Shown piece after piece: positions 23,641 to 36,258 of a DNA stretch of 64,000 bases (position 1 is its first letter; the number at the start of each line of letters is the position of its first letter). The translations under genes and the position numbers were made by a program. Where the stretch lies: the NCBI RefSeq assembly GCF_963921235.1, contig NC_086109.1:23190001-23254000 (forward strand), in the 5' to 3' direction. The notes under the pieces were generated by a model. That model made no database searches, was not told where the DNA came from, and saw nothing but the letters and a program-made list of their open reading frames with translations. This stretch comes from Mobula hypostoma (Eukaryota).

Positions 23641-25756
23641 GACAGATAGATCTTCCATTGATGGACATCCGAATACTCTATACACCATGTGAAGTTGGAT
23701 GGCATGTTACATTCTGCACTGCTCTGGGAATGTTTGATGGGAACACAAAGTTATCTACACTCAATATCTACCCTGAGCAGTACTTGTCCAAAAAGTTTTT
23801 GATGCCAATACTGATTACAAGATGCTGCTAAATAAAGAAATAAAGGTGGTTAAAGACTCCTTCCCAATAGAATGAGGAGTTTGGTTAATGGGCATTATGG
23901 TTTTGAGGAAAAATGAGGAGTCCAAGTAGTTGTGACAACATTGTGGAAATGAGAAATGATTGTAGATGCAGAAGAACAGAATTTAATTAACAGCTCTTCT
24001 CCACTCAAGCAGCAGTAAGTGCTGCAACTTCAAATATTTAAAATAATGTTTTTACATTATGGAAATGCTCATTTCTACCCTTGTGTGTATCAGTATCAAA
24101 TATAGCTTCTTCCCCTCTGCCATCAGGTTTCTGAATGGTCCATGAACACTTGGCTATTCCTCCTTTGCATTGTTCACTTATTCTTTTTACTGTAACTTAA
24201 AAGTATCTCTTTCTATCTTGCACTGTACCGCTGCCACAAATCAACAAATTTCATGGCATATGTCACCGATAATAAACCCGACTGACTCAGAGGATATCAC
24301 GAAATGTCTTGGAATGCTGTGCTAGAAAAAAAAATGTTATTTAAACACACGTTGTTGTCATTGTACATATTCAGCCAAAGATGCCATTTTAAGGAGTCAG
24401 AAGATCCTCTTAGCTGGTCAATCCCTGTCTCCAGCTGAGATTAACTTCTTTGGCAGTGAAATGGAACTGAAACTCAGATATGACACTGCTCACTTTCTTG
24501 CTCTCTACAAAGAGTTATCAAAAATGCAGAGCTGGAATATTTGTTTTTAAATGACACAAACTTCCTTACACAAAGTGAATTCTACACATTACAATGCATA
24601 TTTATTTTAGAAGGAGCAAGAAATAAAGATAAATGCTTCCCTTTGCCATCTGAAAAACTACAAGCTGTAAAGAATTTCAACAAACAGTGGAACAGCTACA
24701 TGCACCAACTTGCGTAGAACTTCCCCTTTTGTTAGTGGCTGAATCTGAGACCGATTCTTCTGCTCTGAAATGGAACATTGCCCAGAGACCACAATATCTG
24801 ACCTCTCCTCGTGTACTTTCACAACTCATCGATGAGAACGTACCCTAAATATGAAATAGCTATGGCGGCAGAAGGAGGCGAGTACTCTTGAGGACTTACT
24901 GAATGCACTATCAGACCACAATCCCAATCAAAACATTAGATAATGAGGGTATTACGTTACATCATCTAGCTGTAGGTTACTATCTCAACAGAACTACTGG
25001 TATTGGTTTATATAACAGTCTTGTCTTGCATACTGTTCATACAGATTACCTCTTTACACGGTACATTGAGCTAGAATGTGGTAAAACAACAACAATGCAA
25101 AATAAAGTGCAAAAGCTACCAAAAATGTGTAGAGCGGGTAAAGTGCAGTGCAGTACAAAGTAAAAGATCATTACAAGGTAGTCGATTTTGTTGTACAAGA
25201 GGTACATTGAAGGCCCTGATAACAGTGAGTTAGAAGCTGACCTTTCAGACTTTTGTATCTCCTGCCCAGTGGAAGTGGGGAGAAGAGAGAATGTCTGGGA
25301 TTGGAGAGGTCTTTGATTATACTGGCTGTATTACTATGGCAGCCAGAAGTACAGACAGAGCCCACAGAGGGGAGACTGGCTCTGCTGATGTGCTGAGCTG
25401 CGTCCACAACCCTCTGCAGTCTGTCGCGCTAATGCCATACCTCTGTAACTATGTCACGTGCCCGTTGTGAAGCTCTGTTAAACAAACCAATATGGGTCGA
25501 ACTTCAATCAATGGTCCAGTGTGGTGCTATCAGTACACAGATCAGTTTAGACTCATTGGGATGAGAAGTCGCTACTCTCTCTCCTATTGTGAAACTGGAT
25601 GTTATCACCTTAAACCTGAAGGAGGTATGAAGGAATATTTCATCAGCAAACATTGCTAACAGTCCATCACTATCTCAGTACAGAACTTTAAGTGTCAATC
25701 TAAATTCAACAGTTAAGCCCTGAAACTAAAATCTCACAAAACACAAGTTCTAAAAT

Positions 25757-26425
25757 GGAGAGAGGAGAAGATGGCGGCACGATGGCCACTTCAGTGATGA
25801 TATCTGTTATCTATCAAGTAGCTTGCCGTGCACAATTCTGATTTGATGAAAACAGACGTGAGAGCACAGAGGAACATCTGGAAAACTTCTGAAATGCCGC
25901 TGCTACTGTGTGGTGACCGGAATCTCCGCAGCAGAAGGACCCGAAATCCTCGGCTTTGGGTGTTTCAGTGGCCGGGGTGAGGTCCAGGGCGCTCCGCAGA
26001 GGATGGCACTCGGGAGGCTGTATCGGAGAGGCTGGTCGGAGGCTCGAAGTTTTCGGACAGATGGACTCAGTATCGGCTGTGGTCGGCTGCTTCCAAGGCA
26101 TCGGCAAGTTGACGGTGCCTGGAGGTTTATGGCAGGGAGTTTCTCCCTTTTGCCGCTGCTATCGGGGACGCAGGAGTCAATCGACTCGGGGACTTTTGAG
26201 ACATCTTTTACCGTGCCCATGGTTTGTTCTTCATCAAATTATGGTATTGCTTTGTACTGCTGTAACTATATGTTATAATTATGTGGTTCTGTCAGTGTTA
26301 GTCTTTGGTTTGTCCTGTTTTCTGTGATATCACTCCGGAGAAACATTGTATTATTTCTTAATGCATGTATGCATTTCTAAATGACAATAAAAAGAGGACT
26401 GAGTGTTCTCGTAATCTAAAATCTA
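25757..26425 (+). mobile_element. ~650-bp non-coding interspersed repeat, copy 1
   Basis: Aligns by eye with 39350-39970 (ACAATTCTGATTTGATG...ACAGACGTGA.AGCACAGAGGAACATC; CTAAATGACAATAAAA.GAGGACTG.GTGT...TAATCTAA). Confidence 0.8.
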
Positions 26426-26968
26426 TTATTCATTTAGAAATACAATGAGCTGCACTGCCCAGCAACTCACCTATTTAACCCTAGCCTAATCATAATTTAA
26501 AATAACCGATTAACCTATTAACCAGTACGTCTTTGGACTGCAGGAGAAAACTGGAGCAGTCCAAGGAAACCCACACACTCATGGGGAGAATATATAAACT
26601 CCTTACAGAAGGTGCCACAATTGAATTTCGAACTCTAACACTCCGAGCTCTAGTAGCGTTGGGATAACTGCTGCACTACCCACAGAAGTCAATTGCATTA
26701 CTATTGGTCCAGAGCAGATTTCATTCCTTGAATAACGTTAACCAACTAGATTGTTAAATCTGGTAGCTTCATGGTTATCACTAACAATAAAAACTATTTT
26801 GAAATTTCCAGCATCCAAGATAGAATTTTGTGGCTCATGCTCTTCTCAACAATGCTCACTGTAAACTGAAAACAGAGCATCAGAAAACCTCCACAAAGTA
26901 GTCACGTGCGGCAACCCCAATAAGACATCTAAACAGCAAACGCACTTTCATTTCCATGTGGCGACAGA

Positions 26969-27600
26969 TTACTGCTATTACTGCTATCTTTGGACTACCT
27001 AAAATTTCTAGTAATCTTTCCCCTTCAGCCCGTAGAATGATTGCATTTCTTACTTTAATGGCGAAAAGATGTATTTTACAACATTGGAAAGAGCTTAATG
27101 CTCCAACTACCTTTTTTTGGTTTTCTCAGATGATTTTATGTTTGAATTTGGAGAAAATTAGAAGTAACCTTTATGATTCTTCATTTAAATTTGAACAGAT
27201 TTGGGGACCTTTTATTCGATATTTTCATTTAATGTAATATTTACCCTTCTTGTTTTTTTTTCACTGTTATAATGGAGGTCGGGATTGAGGACGTGATTTT
27301 AAGTTTAACTCTGTTTGGTTTCAAGTTAGCCCATTGCTTTGCTTTGCTTTTAGTTAGCTGCACGGTGGGTTTTTTTTTGGGGGTTTTTTTTTTCTTTTTT
27401 TTCCATTGATATATATAAAATTTAGTATACTATTATGTTATCTTGGTTTCTTATGCTTAAATTACATTGTTTGTAGTATTTTCTTTTTGGTATTGTTATC
27501 TTTTGGAATTTTATTATACTTTAACATTGTATTAATGTTTATATGGCTTACCTTTTTTGTATACTTACTTAATAAAAAGATTTAAAAAGAAAAGAAAGAA
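26969..27600 (+). mobile_element. L1-clade LINE 3' end (ORF2 C-terminus, T-rich 3' UTR, A-rich tail)
   Basis: AIFGL...AFLTLMAKRCILQHWK...PT...W...L.LEKIR...FEQIWGPF is a fish L1-type C-terminus. AATAAA followed by an A-rich tail at ~27571-27600. Confidence 0.85.
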
Positions 27601-29354
27601 ATGTGCGACCCAGAGACAGGACAGGAAGTGTCTGCAGGGCAGGTGAGTGGGTTATTTGTGAACTGTACACACCCTCTGCCATTTAAGAGGAACACTTGCT
27701 CTGGATTCATGCACCTAGCACTTCTCAATAGCATCTTAAATATTTTCTCTCTACTTTCAGTGGTCAAGGCACAGAAATTCCCAAGAGTCAGAATAGGACA
27801 TTGCATGTTTTCAAGGAGGCTTTGAACACATCCTTGAACCTTTTCCCTCTTCCATATGGTGATCTTTTCTTGTATCAGATTTCAGAATGGAAGGCATTTC
27901 AGAGTGTGGCAGTACATATAAGAATGTTCAGATCTGCCTGATGGAGCCAGCAGAGTGCAATGGGGTCTCAGTGCTGGATATGTTGGCCCGGGAGAGGACC
28001 GAGACATTGGTTTGCTTACTCATCCAATGAATTTGGAAGATTTTGCAGAGACAGCAGTAGTAGTGCTAGCTGAAGGAAGATGGTTGGACACACATTTTAC
28101 ATCTAGCTGAATGTTAGTTTAAAATCTCATGAAAAATATGCTACCTCTGACAGTCCAGCACATCTTCCCTCACTGTCCATTGCAGCAAAGGGCGATTACC
28201 TTAATATCGAATATAGCAGTTGATGTCCCAATGGCTGCAAGTAAACGTACTCGATGAACTGTTGATGGGGAGGGCTCGAGTCAAGGATTGTTCCACATTT
28301 CCAAGTACAATACAGGCATAACGCAGTCAAATGCAAGTTCTCAAAGCTACAAATATAATTTGGACAAAGTAAATGGAGGTGACAAAATTATTTAATGCTC
28401 AGCTCGGACAAGGATGAGAGTAGTAGGAAGGAATTGATTAGGCTTCTGTTCAAAGAAATGAAGGGCTTTCAGAATATCCTGATGTGGGATGTTGGCAATA
28501 GAAAAATTGAACAGCCCTTTCCTTAGCACTGCTTGTTTGATGGTGCAACATTCCCTCAAAATATAGAGCTGTCATACCGTTTCCCTCGTGCGACAGTACA
28601 ATTCTGTATTACAGTCTCTGTAATGGCAAAGGAATCCTCAATGGAGATACAACAGATTACAGATGCAGGAACCTGGAGTATCAAACAATTTACTGGAGGA
28701 ACTCAGCAGGCCAGGCGGCATCTGCTGCCGTTGATGGGGTGGTTGTGGGAAGAGGAATTGTCGACATTTCAGGTCAAAACCTTGCAACAGGACTGCTGAG
28801 GCAAAATTATAAAATTAGGGCACAGCAGTTAGTACAAGCTATTACACTTACTCTATTTTGTGATCATTTTATCTTGCTCTACCTCAGTATATGTGCAATG
28901 ATTCGACCTCCATGAACAGAATGCAAGACGAGCTTTTCACTGCACCTTGGTACATGCGACTATAATAAGCCAATTCCAATTCAAGTTCCAAAATTATTAG
29001 CTAGGAGCTTGGGGAGTATATTGTGAGATTCTATTATTGGACAAGTCATTTAAAGATCATCTGTGCAAAATAACTTCCACAATTATCTACTCAGCAGGCA
29101 GCAAAGCAGAAGAGGCTAGATAAAATGTATATACCCTTTTTCCTCAATTTCTCCTTTTCAAGTGCAATGAAATGCTGTCTCCATATTAAATTTACCACAT
29201 GAAACCAAGTTGTCATATCGTAATACAATGTTTAGTATCATGTAGAGCAGGCTTAACAGTCATACGAATTCTATTCACAAACCTTCCAGCAAGGACACCA
29301 GACAGCAAGACCCTGGTTACGTTTGGCTTCTTCAATGCAATGATACACAGACCA

Positions 29355-31045
29355 GAAACAGAATCAGGTTTATTATCACTGGCATGTGTCGTGAAATTTG
29401 TTAACTTTGCAGCTGCAGCTCAATGAAATACATGATAATACAGAAAAAAATAAATAAATCGATTACAGTAAATATATATATATAAATATTGAATTGATTA
29501 AAAGTAGTGCAGAAACAAATAATAAACATACATTTTAAAAAGTGAGGTAATGTTCATGGGTTCAACGTCCACTTAGAAGTCAGATGAATCGATGAGTGTG
29601 TGCCTTCAGGCTTCTGTACCTCCTTCCTGGCGGCAACAATGAGAAGAGGGCATGTCCTGAGTGATGGGGGTCCTTAATAATAGACATCACCTTTTTTAGG
29701 CACCACTCTTTGAAGATATCTTGGGTACTCAGAAGCTAATGGAAGGAGCTAACTAATTTTATGACTTTCTGTAGCTTCTTTCGGTCCTGTGCAGTACCCC
29801 CACCCCCAATACCAGAAAGTGATGCAGCCTGTCAGAATGCTCTCCACTGTGCATCCATAGAAGTTTGGGTGTATTAGCTGACAAACCAAATCTCTTCAAA
29901 CTCCTAATGAAATATAGCCACTGTCTTGCTTTTTTTTATATATATCTGCATCAATATGTTGGGACCAGGTTAGATCCTCAGAGAGCTTAACACCCAGGAA
30001 CTTGAAATTGCTCACCCTCTCCAGTTCCGATCCCTCTATGAGGATTGGCACGTGTTCCCTTGTCTTACCCTTCCTGAAGTCCACAATCAGCTTTTCGTCT
30101 TACCGACATTGAGTGCAAGATTGTTGCTGTGACACCATTTAACTGGCTAGTATATCTCGTTCCTGTACGTCCTCTCATCTCCATCTGAGATTTGTGACGA
30201 AAAACCAAGTTATCAGAAGATTGATGCTAATGAGAGAGATAAGTGAGACAATGGAGAAACATTCCAAATGTTAATGAGAGAGGAGAGAGAGATAACGGAA
30301 AGAGACACCAGTCTGAGTATTGACAGACCGATTGTTTTGAACCTGAACTGTTTGAAGTTTGATGGACAGGTGATACCCCAGCAGGGGGATAAAAAGAACG
30401 GGTTCGCTAAGGCACGACACACACCACGAGATCACAAGATAACGAGACCCTGGAAAAGCGGTGTGCCCCCACAAGTTGGTGGAGTCTTGGAGGTCTGGTC
30501 GCGGGAACCGACCATAGACGCACAGGGTGAAAAGGTATGATCGTCAGAAACCTGGTGTGTGTGTCCGCCCTTGCCTGGGTGCCCGGTTCACCACTGAAGA
30601 ACCGTCGTATCCGGAACGGAGGGGTCACAGTCGGTGACCACAGAAGACATAAAAGGGTTCACCCGAAAGCTAACTGCGAAGAACATCAAGGTCTATCCGA
30701 ATCAGATTTGCATATCATCCTCTCTCTCTCTCTAACGGCACAACAGCGACTACTGCGAACTGTACTAAGCTGAACTGAACTCTGCGTCACTTGAGACTGA
30801 TCATTTTACCCCTATACTGCGATAGAGCTTGTTTGATTCCTATTACCCTAGTTCTGTGTACATGTGTGTTTTATCATTGCTAATCTGTTGCATTCATATC
30901 CTTACGATTAGAGTACTGTGTTACTTATTTCTTTAATAAAACTTTCTTAGTTCCAGTAATCCAGACTCCAACTAAGTGGTCCATTTCAGCTGGTTTGGCA
31001 ACCCAGTTACGGGGTACGTAACAGATTCTACCAATAATGGTCGTT
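29355..31045 (-). mobile_element. Rex1/Babar-type LINE 3' part, split by a solo LTR
   Basis: ORF 29896-30084 (DFRK...ERVSNFKFLGVKLSEDLTWSQH). Removing the LTR and one TSD copy restores CCATCTGAGATTCTACCAATAATGG. Confidence 0.85.
30193..31023 (+). mobile_element. Solo LTR (831 bp), Gypsy/ERV-like
   Basis: Termini TGTGACG...CGTAACA. 4-bp TSD GATT at 30189-30192 and 31024-31027. TATA-like GATAAAAAG near 30388 and AATAAA at 30935-30940. Confidence 0.88.
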
Positions 31046-32984
31046 TTTACCAGATGGCAATAATGAAGAATGAGGGAAAAAATGATGTACAAAATAGGGG
31101 AACTTAGAACTCACTTGCGTTTAAAAGGCTACAGCTTCCAACAATTTATTTGTGCATCCAGAAAGCCCAAATGTATGTTTGTATGTCAGAGAAACACATC
31201 ACTATATGCGGGACTGGAAATGACCTCGGAAATTACATGGCAACTGTTATCTAAACTGGGGCAACAAATAATCTGCTGGAAGAACTCAGCAGGTTGAGTA
31301 GCATCTGTGGGTGGGGGTAGGAGAGGGGAGCAATAGTGACGGAAATCATTGCCGTTTTGGGTCGAAGCCCAACATCAGTACCTTCTCTTCCAAACTAAAC
31401 TGATTATCAACTGCATTATCTCCCAATGGAACTCAAGAATTCCCTTCTATAAAACACTCGAATTTATTGGATTGGAACAGGAGATTAATTCTGCCTGTGT
31501 TTAAAATATCAGTTTAGCGTTTTGTTCCTCCTCTACCATTAACCTTCATCTGTCTCCCATTTTCACATTTCTACCATCCCTCATGAACTGCTAAATGAGT
31601 CCAAGCCAAAGAGTCCAGCTGGAATCATTCTTCAGACCCAATCCAAAACATTAGTCGTTTCTCTTTGTGTACTCCATGATCTTCAAATTAGCAATATTCA
31701 TAGGAGTTAAATAGACCATCAGTTTCTCCCAAAAGAGGATGAAATGTGTTGAAAATCACAAATAGCACAATATTGTGAGGAGAGGATACAAAATAAAATT
31801 TGCGATGAATTGGGACCGAGGCTTGGACCTTCCCCGGCTTCTCTGGGAGCAGATCTGGGGACTCAGTCTGGTTCAGAATGTTATTGGTTTGCTTCTGTTG
31901 TTTGTATGATGTGTGATTTTTTTCCTCTTTCTCTGGACAGTGGTGTTTGGTCTTTCTCTTTTCAAAAATTGGGTTATTTGGGTTTCTTGCTTTGTGGCTG
32001 CCTGTAGGCAAATCTCAAGGTGTGTAATTTATACATTCTTTGATAATAAACGCGCTTGGAAAATTTTACAGGAGAGAATGTTCTGAAGCAAGCCAGCTAT
32101 ACAAAAATAGCCACCATTGCAAACTTGGCTACTGACCAACTTCATTGACTTATTATGATTATTAGAATTTTCATGACATTTGAATGCGACCTTCAAATTC
32201 CTTATTGTTTTTGTTACTTTTCTATATGGTTAGCTATCAACTGCCTCTTCGGTTCCACAGCAATTAGAAGTGGGCAATAATAGTGAAGAAATTTTTTTAA
32301 AGTGTAATATTTTCCATTTGTGTAATCTCTCCAACCTTGAAATCTTACTATAACCATACACACTCCCACCTATATTTAAGACAAGGTTGGATAGATTTTT
32401 GCATAGTAGGGGAATTAAGGGTGCTGGGGAAAAGGCAGGTAGGGGGAGGTGAGTCCATGGCCAGATCAACCATGATCTTATTGGATGGTGGAGCAGACTC
32501 GATGGGCCAGATGGCCTACTCCTGCTCTTCTTTCTTATGTTATGTTCTTCACCCATGACGGGCAACTGTGCCTCCTGGTCGCCAAGCTTTGAAAAACCTT
32601 TCCTAAAATCTCTGACTTCCCTCTTTTTTGTCTGAGACAGTCTCCTGATGAAGGACGAATCTTCATCCAATTCTGAATTTCCAGAGCAATTAATCAGCCT
32701 GTCAGAGTATCCAAAAGCTCTGAAACAGGCAGTAATCGAAGTAGCATATGAGTGGCCTGTTTGACCACTGTACTTTCTCCTTCAATGTCAGTACTTAGCC
32801 TCCATGTGCTGCCAGAGAAATCTGATTATGTCATGCCTTCTGCACTCTTTTCTGTAAGTTTGCACATTCTTGGGACACAAAAAAATGTTCAAGCAAGATT
32901 TGAAGATGTCTTTGCTTCAGATTATCCATCTTTCCAGAAATCAATTATTGTGACAGATGAGAATGCTTTCTTAAGATTAGTCTT

Positions 32985-33308
32985 CCATAAAACCATAAGA
33001 CAAAGGAGCAGAATTAGGCTATTCAGCCCATCGAGTCTGCTCTGCCATTCCATCATGGCTGATCCCGGATCCCACTCAACCCCATACACCTGCCTTCTTG
33101 ACAATCCTTTGACCAAACGGGAAACTATCAACTTCCTCCTTAAATATACCCATGGACTTAGCCTCCACCATAGTCTGTGGCAGAGCATTCCACAGATTCA
33201 CCACTCCCTGGCTAAAAAAATTTCTCCTTACCTCTGTTCTAAAAAGTTACCCCTTAATTTTGAGGCTATGCCCTCAGGTTCTGGATACCCCACCATAAGA
33301 AACAATCT
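32985..33308 (-). mobile_element. CR1 3' end fragment (an oppositely oriented CR1 tail lies at ~32365-32545)
   Basis: CCATAAGACAAAGGAGCAGAATTAGGCTATTCAGCCC...TTCCACAGATTCACCAC...GCTATGCCCTC. Confidence 0.8.
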
Positions 33309-34952
33309 CTTTGATCAAACGTTTGGCCATGTTTTCACATCCTTTTATATTGCACAAATTTCCTCGACAACATACGAATTTATTTCTTGGGAAGTTTTTT
33401 TGTCACAAGTCTATTTACTGTATTGAGGTATAGAGTTATATATACCAACACTGCTCACCCACTCGTCACCACTCAAGAATGTCAATAACTATGACAAAAT
33501 AACCCAAACATAATCTTTAAGTAAATAGTATACATGTTACATGAAACATTAAAAGTGATCCTGCAACCATTCCATATGAGACCAATTCAAGGCCACCATC
33601 AGCTTACTATCTCAAGAACTATGTATTTACAGATACTGTAGCTCAGCCATTATATTCAACTCTTGATTATCATTGGATGCCAAGACACCATGGAATCTCT
33701 GCCTCTTGAATTCCAATTTTCAGTGTTTTCTCTATAACACTTTAGGATTTATTTCCAATGGAAGTAACGTCTCCCTCATTTGAATAACAGAAAATTGATG
33801 TGAATACTGCTGCAGGTAGATCACCTCCTAATACACTAGGGCCCGTTTGCTCATGAGGATGTTTCTCTGGATAAAAGCACCTCCAACAACTCTGAAGAAG
33901 CTTAATACTATCCAGGATAATGAAATCTACTTCACTGGTGCACCCATCTATCACCTTTAATATTCGTTCCTTTCAGCAACAGTGTGTAACATCTAATAAA
34001 TGACTGTACATACTCTCCAAGATGAAGAGGCCTATATATTCCCCTCCAAGTCTTACGTGATCCTGACTTGGAAACAGATCAGCATTCCTTCATCATTGCC
34101 AAGTCTGAATCCTGGAACACCTTCGTAAACTCTGTAGGAGTGCCTTTGCCAGCAGAACTGCAACTATTCAATGCGGTGGTTTACCACTACCTTCAAGGTC
34201 AGGTAGGGATGAGCAATAAACACCAGCCTTACCAGCAATGCCAGAATTTCCCGCACCTCAAAAAAAATCCAAATCTATTGCAGCCTCTAAAATTAGAGTT
34301 CAGCAGTTTCAAAGTTAACGTTTAAATAGTTACACAGAAGACTAGCTTCATCTCTCATCAGCTTAAAGAAACATGATCCAACAAGTCTGTATATATAATA
34401 ATTCTAAGACAAAGTAAGGGCAGAAAACAAAACAGACACAGAATTGAGTAAAGTAAATTTGAAGTTTGTTTCCTGAGCAGTGTTTTAACTCCTGGAAAGA
34501 CCATGCAATCAACGCTTTGCCAATAATATTTTGTTATTGGCTCCAAGTGTAGTGTAGACTGCATACAAAATCAATCTTGAATAGAGAAAACTTTGCACAT
34601 GAACTTTGTCTTTTATTATGTTTGGCCAAGTATCAATCAGGCACTGATCAAAACTTCTGTAGTAAAATGTTTAAACTGTGCAATAAACTGTTCACATAGC
34701 CAACCAAAAAACTATGAACTTATTTTTCATACAGGGTGATAAAATCAAACTCCACACAGAAGGAGGTCATTCCGGCTATAATGAATGGTTATGTTTTAAA
34801 GGAGCCAGCCATTGTGACCCTTTGGCCTACCTCCAAGGCCTCATTTATTCCCACTGCCAATATATTTAACATCTTTTGAATGCTACTAGTAAATCTCCTC
34901 CCACCACTTCAGCAGGCAATCAAAAGATGTTAGTATGTTTTTTTTTAAATAT

Positions 34953-35085
34953 CTGGTCCTGATGAAGGGTCTCGGCCCGAAACGTCGACTGTTTACTCTT
35001 TTCCATAGATGCAGCCTGGCCTGTTGAGTTCTTCCAGCATTTTGTGTGTATTTGATTTCCAGGGCATCTGCAGATTTTCTCTTGC
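34953..35085 (+). mobile_element. ~130-bp Penelope-derived mini-element consisting of hammerhead plus 3' tail
   Basis: Begins at the ribozyme, then TTTCCATAGATGCAGCCTGGCCTGTTGAGTTCTTCCAGCATTTTGTGTGT...GCATCTGCAGATTTTCTCTTG. Confidence 0.8.
34955..34990 (+). ncRNA. Minimal hammerhead ribozyme, intact core (CUGAUGA variant)
   Basis: GGTC-CTGATGA-A-GGGT CTCG GCCC-GAAA-CGTC-GACT. Confidence 0.8.
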
Positions 35086-35299
35086 TTGTGGTCCATTACC
35101 AAAATCTGTTTCTCCCGATTACTAACCTTTTTAAAATCACTAGATATACTTTCTTCTCATTTAACTAATCTTTATTTTGAACTCTCAAATATCCTCAACA
35201 TTCAAGCTTCTAGGATAATTTATTTAGTGTCAATATGTAACAGAATCCCCTCATCCTCAGCATACCATATTGCTGCACCTCACCAAGACTTTGAAATTA

Positions 35300-35510
35300 T
35301 GTTACTCCTCTCCGTGCCTTGTGGCGCAACAGGCCGCGACCTTACCATCTCCTCAGCATTTTGTCTGTCTTTTACGAGGCTGAGTTGCTAGCTCGATGCT
35401 CAACCCAGCACAGATGGAAAGCGCACAAGGAGCTGGCCAGATTCAAACCAGGGCCCACTCTCCTCAAAGTCCAGTACTGATGCCACTACACCGCTGGCCA
35501 GCCACGGAGG
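35300..35510 (-). mobile_element. tRNA-derived SINE (same head and body as 46433-46693)
   Basis: Minus strand reads GGTGTAGTGGCATCAGTACTGGACTT...GGTTTGAATC...CTTTCCATCTGTGCTGGGTTGAGCATCGAGCTAGCAACTCAGCCTCGTAAAA. Confidence 0.75.
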
Positions 35511-35761
35511 TAAAATAATCATTCCTTCTATCCCACACTTTATGATTTAAGCTAATTTCTTATTCACCGTGCCACTTCATCTTTAATTCCACAGGCTTTA
35601 GCTTTTCTGGAAGATTGAAGCCAAAGCTTCTGAACTTCCATCTTCTCCCAATAGGCTGGGATGCCAACCTTCAGAACAAGTTAAGTGCTGTGGAAGTTTT
35701 AAGTGTATTCTATTTATTTGTTTTTACAGTGTCCATTTCTTTACACTATTCTTTGTCAATA

Positions 35762-36258
35762 TATGCCATGTCGTATGACACAGCCGATCATGGTCTCCCC
35801 ATGACCATGATAATGATCATGGTTATCTCCATGACGATGATTGTTATCATGGTCTCCCCATGACCATGATAATGATCATGGTTATCTCCATGACGATGAT
35901 TGTTATCATGGTCTCTCCATGACCATGACTGCTCTTGGCAAATTTTTCTACAGAAGTGGTTTGTCATTTCCTTCTTTTGGGCAGTGTCTTTACGAGAAGG
36001 GGAAACCCAGCCACTATTAATACTCTTCAGAGTCCGTCTGGTGTCAGTGGTCGTATAACCAGGACTTGTGATATGCACTAGCTGCTCATACAACCATCCA
36101 CCACCTGCTCCCACGGCTTCATGCGAACCTGATCTGGAGGTGGAGGTGGGGGTGCATCTGGCACCTCTACACCTTGCCCAAGGATGACCTGCATACTAGC
36201 AGACGAAACGAGCTCCTTACACCTCCTTTGGTAGAGATGCATCTCCACCCCACCACCT
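35762..36258 (-). mobile_element. RTE/BovB-related non-autonomous element
   Basis: Minus strand has AAGGAAATGACAAACCACTTCTGTAG...TTGCCAAGA, resembling the BovB/Bov-A motif from memory, followed by a hairpin-bearing tail. Confidence 0.55.
35787..35929. repeat. Tandem array with 59-bp period (29+30-bp subunits); five hairpin-forming subunits
   Basis: ATCATGGTCTCCCCATGACCATGATAATG-ATCATGGTTATCTCCATGACGATGATTGTT is repeated exactly twice, plus a partial third copy. Confidence 0.92.

Noticed and set aside
26956..27615. TSD for the L1 fragment (ATGTGGCGACAG / ATGTGCGACCCAG)
   Set aside because: Needs indels to align, so it is suggestive but not asserted.
32752..33426. 224-aa ORF
   Set aside because: About half is the antisense strand of a CR1 tail. 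No recognisable domain.
35787..35929. CRISPR-like or His/Met-rich coding repeat
   Set aside because: Units abut with no unique spacers, the context is eukaryotic, and the ORFs are by-products of the tandem array.
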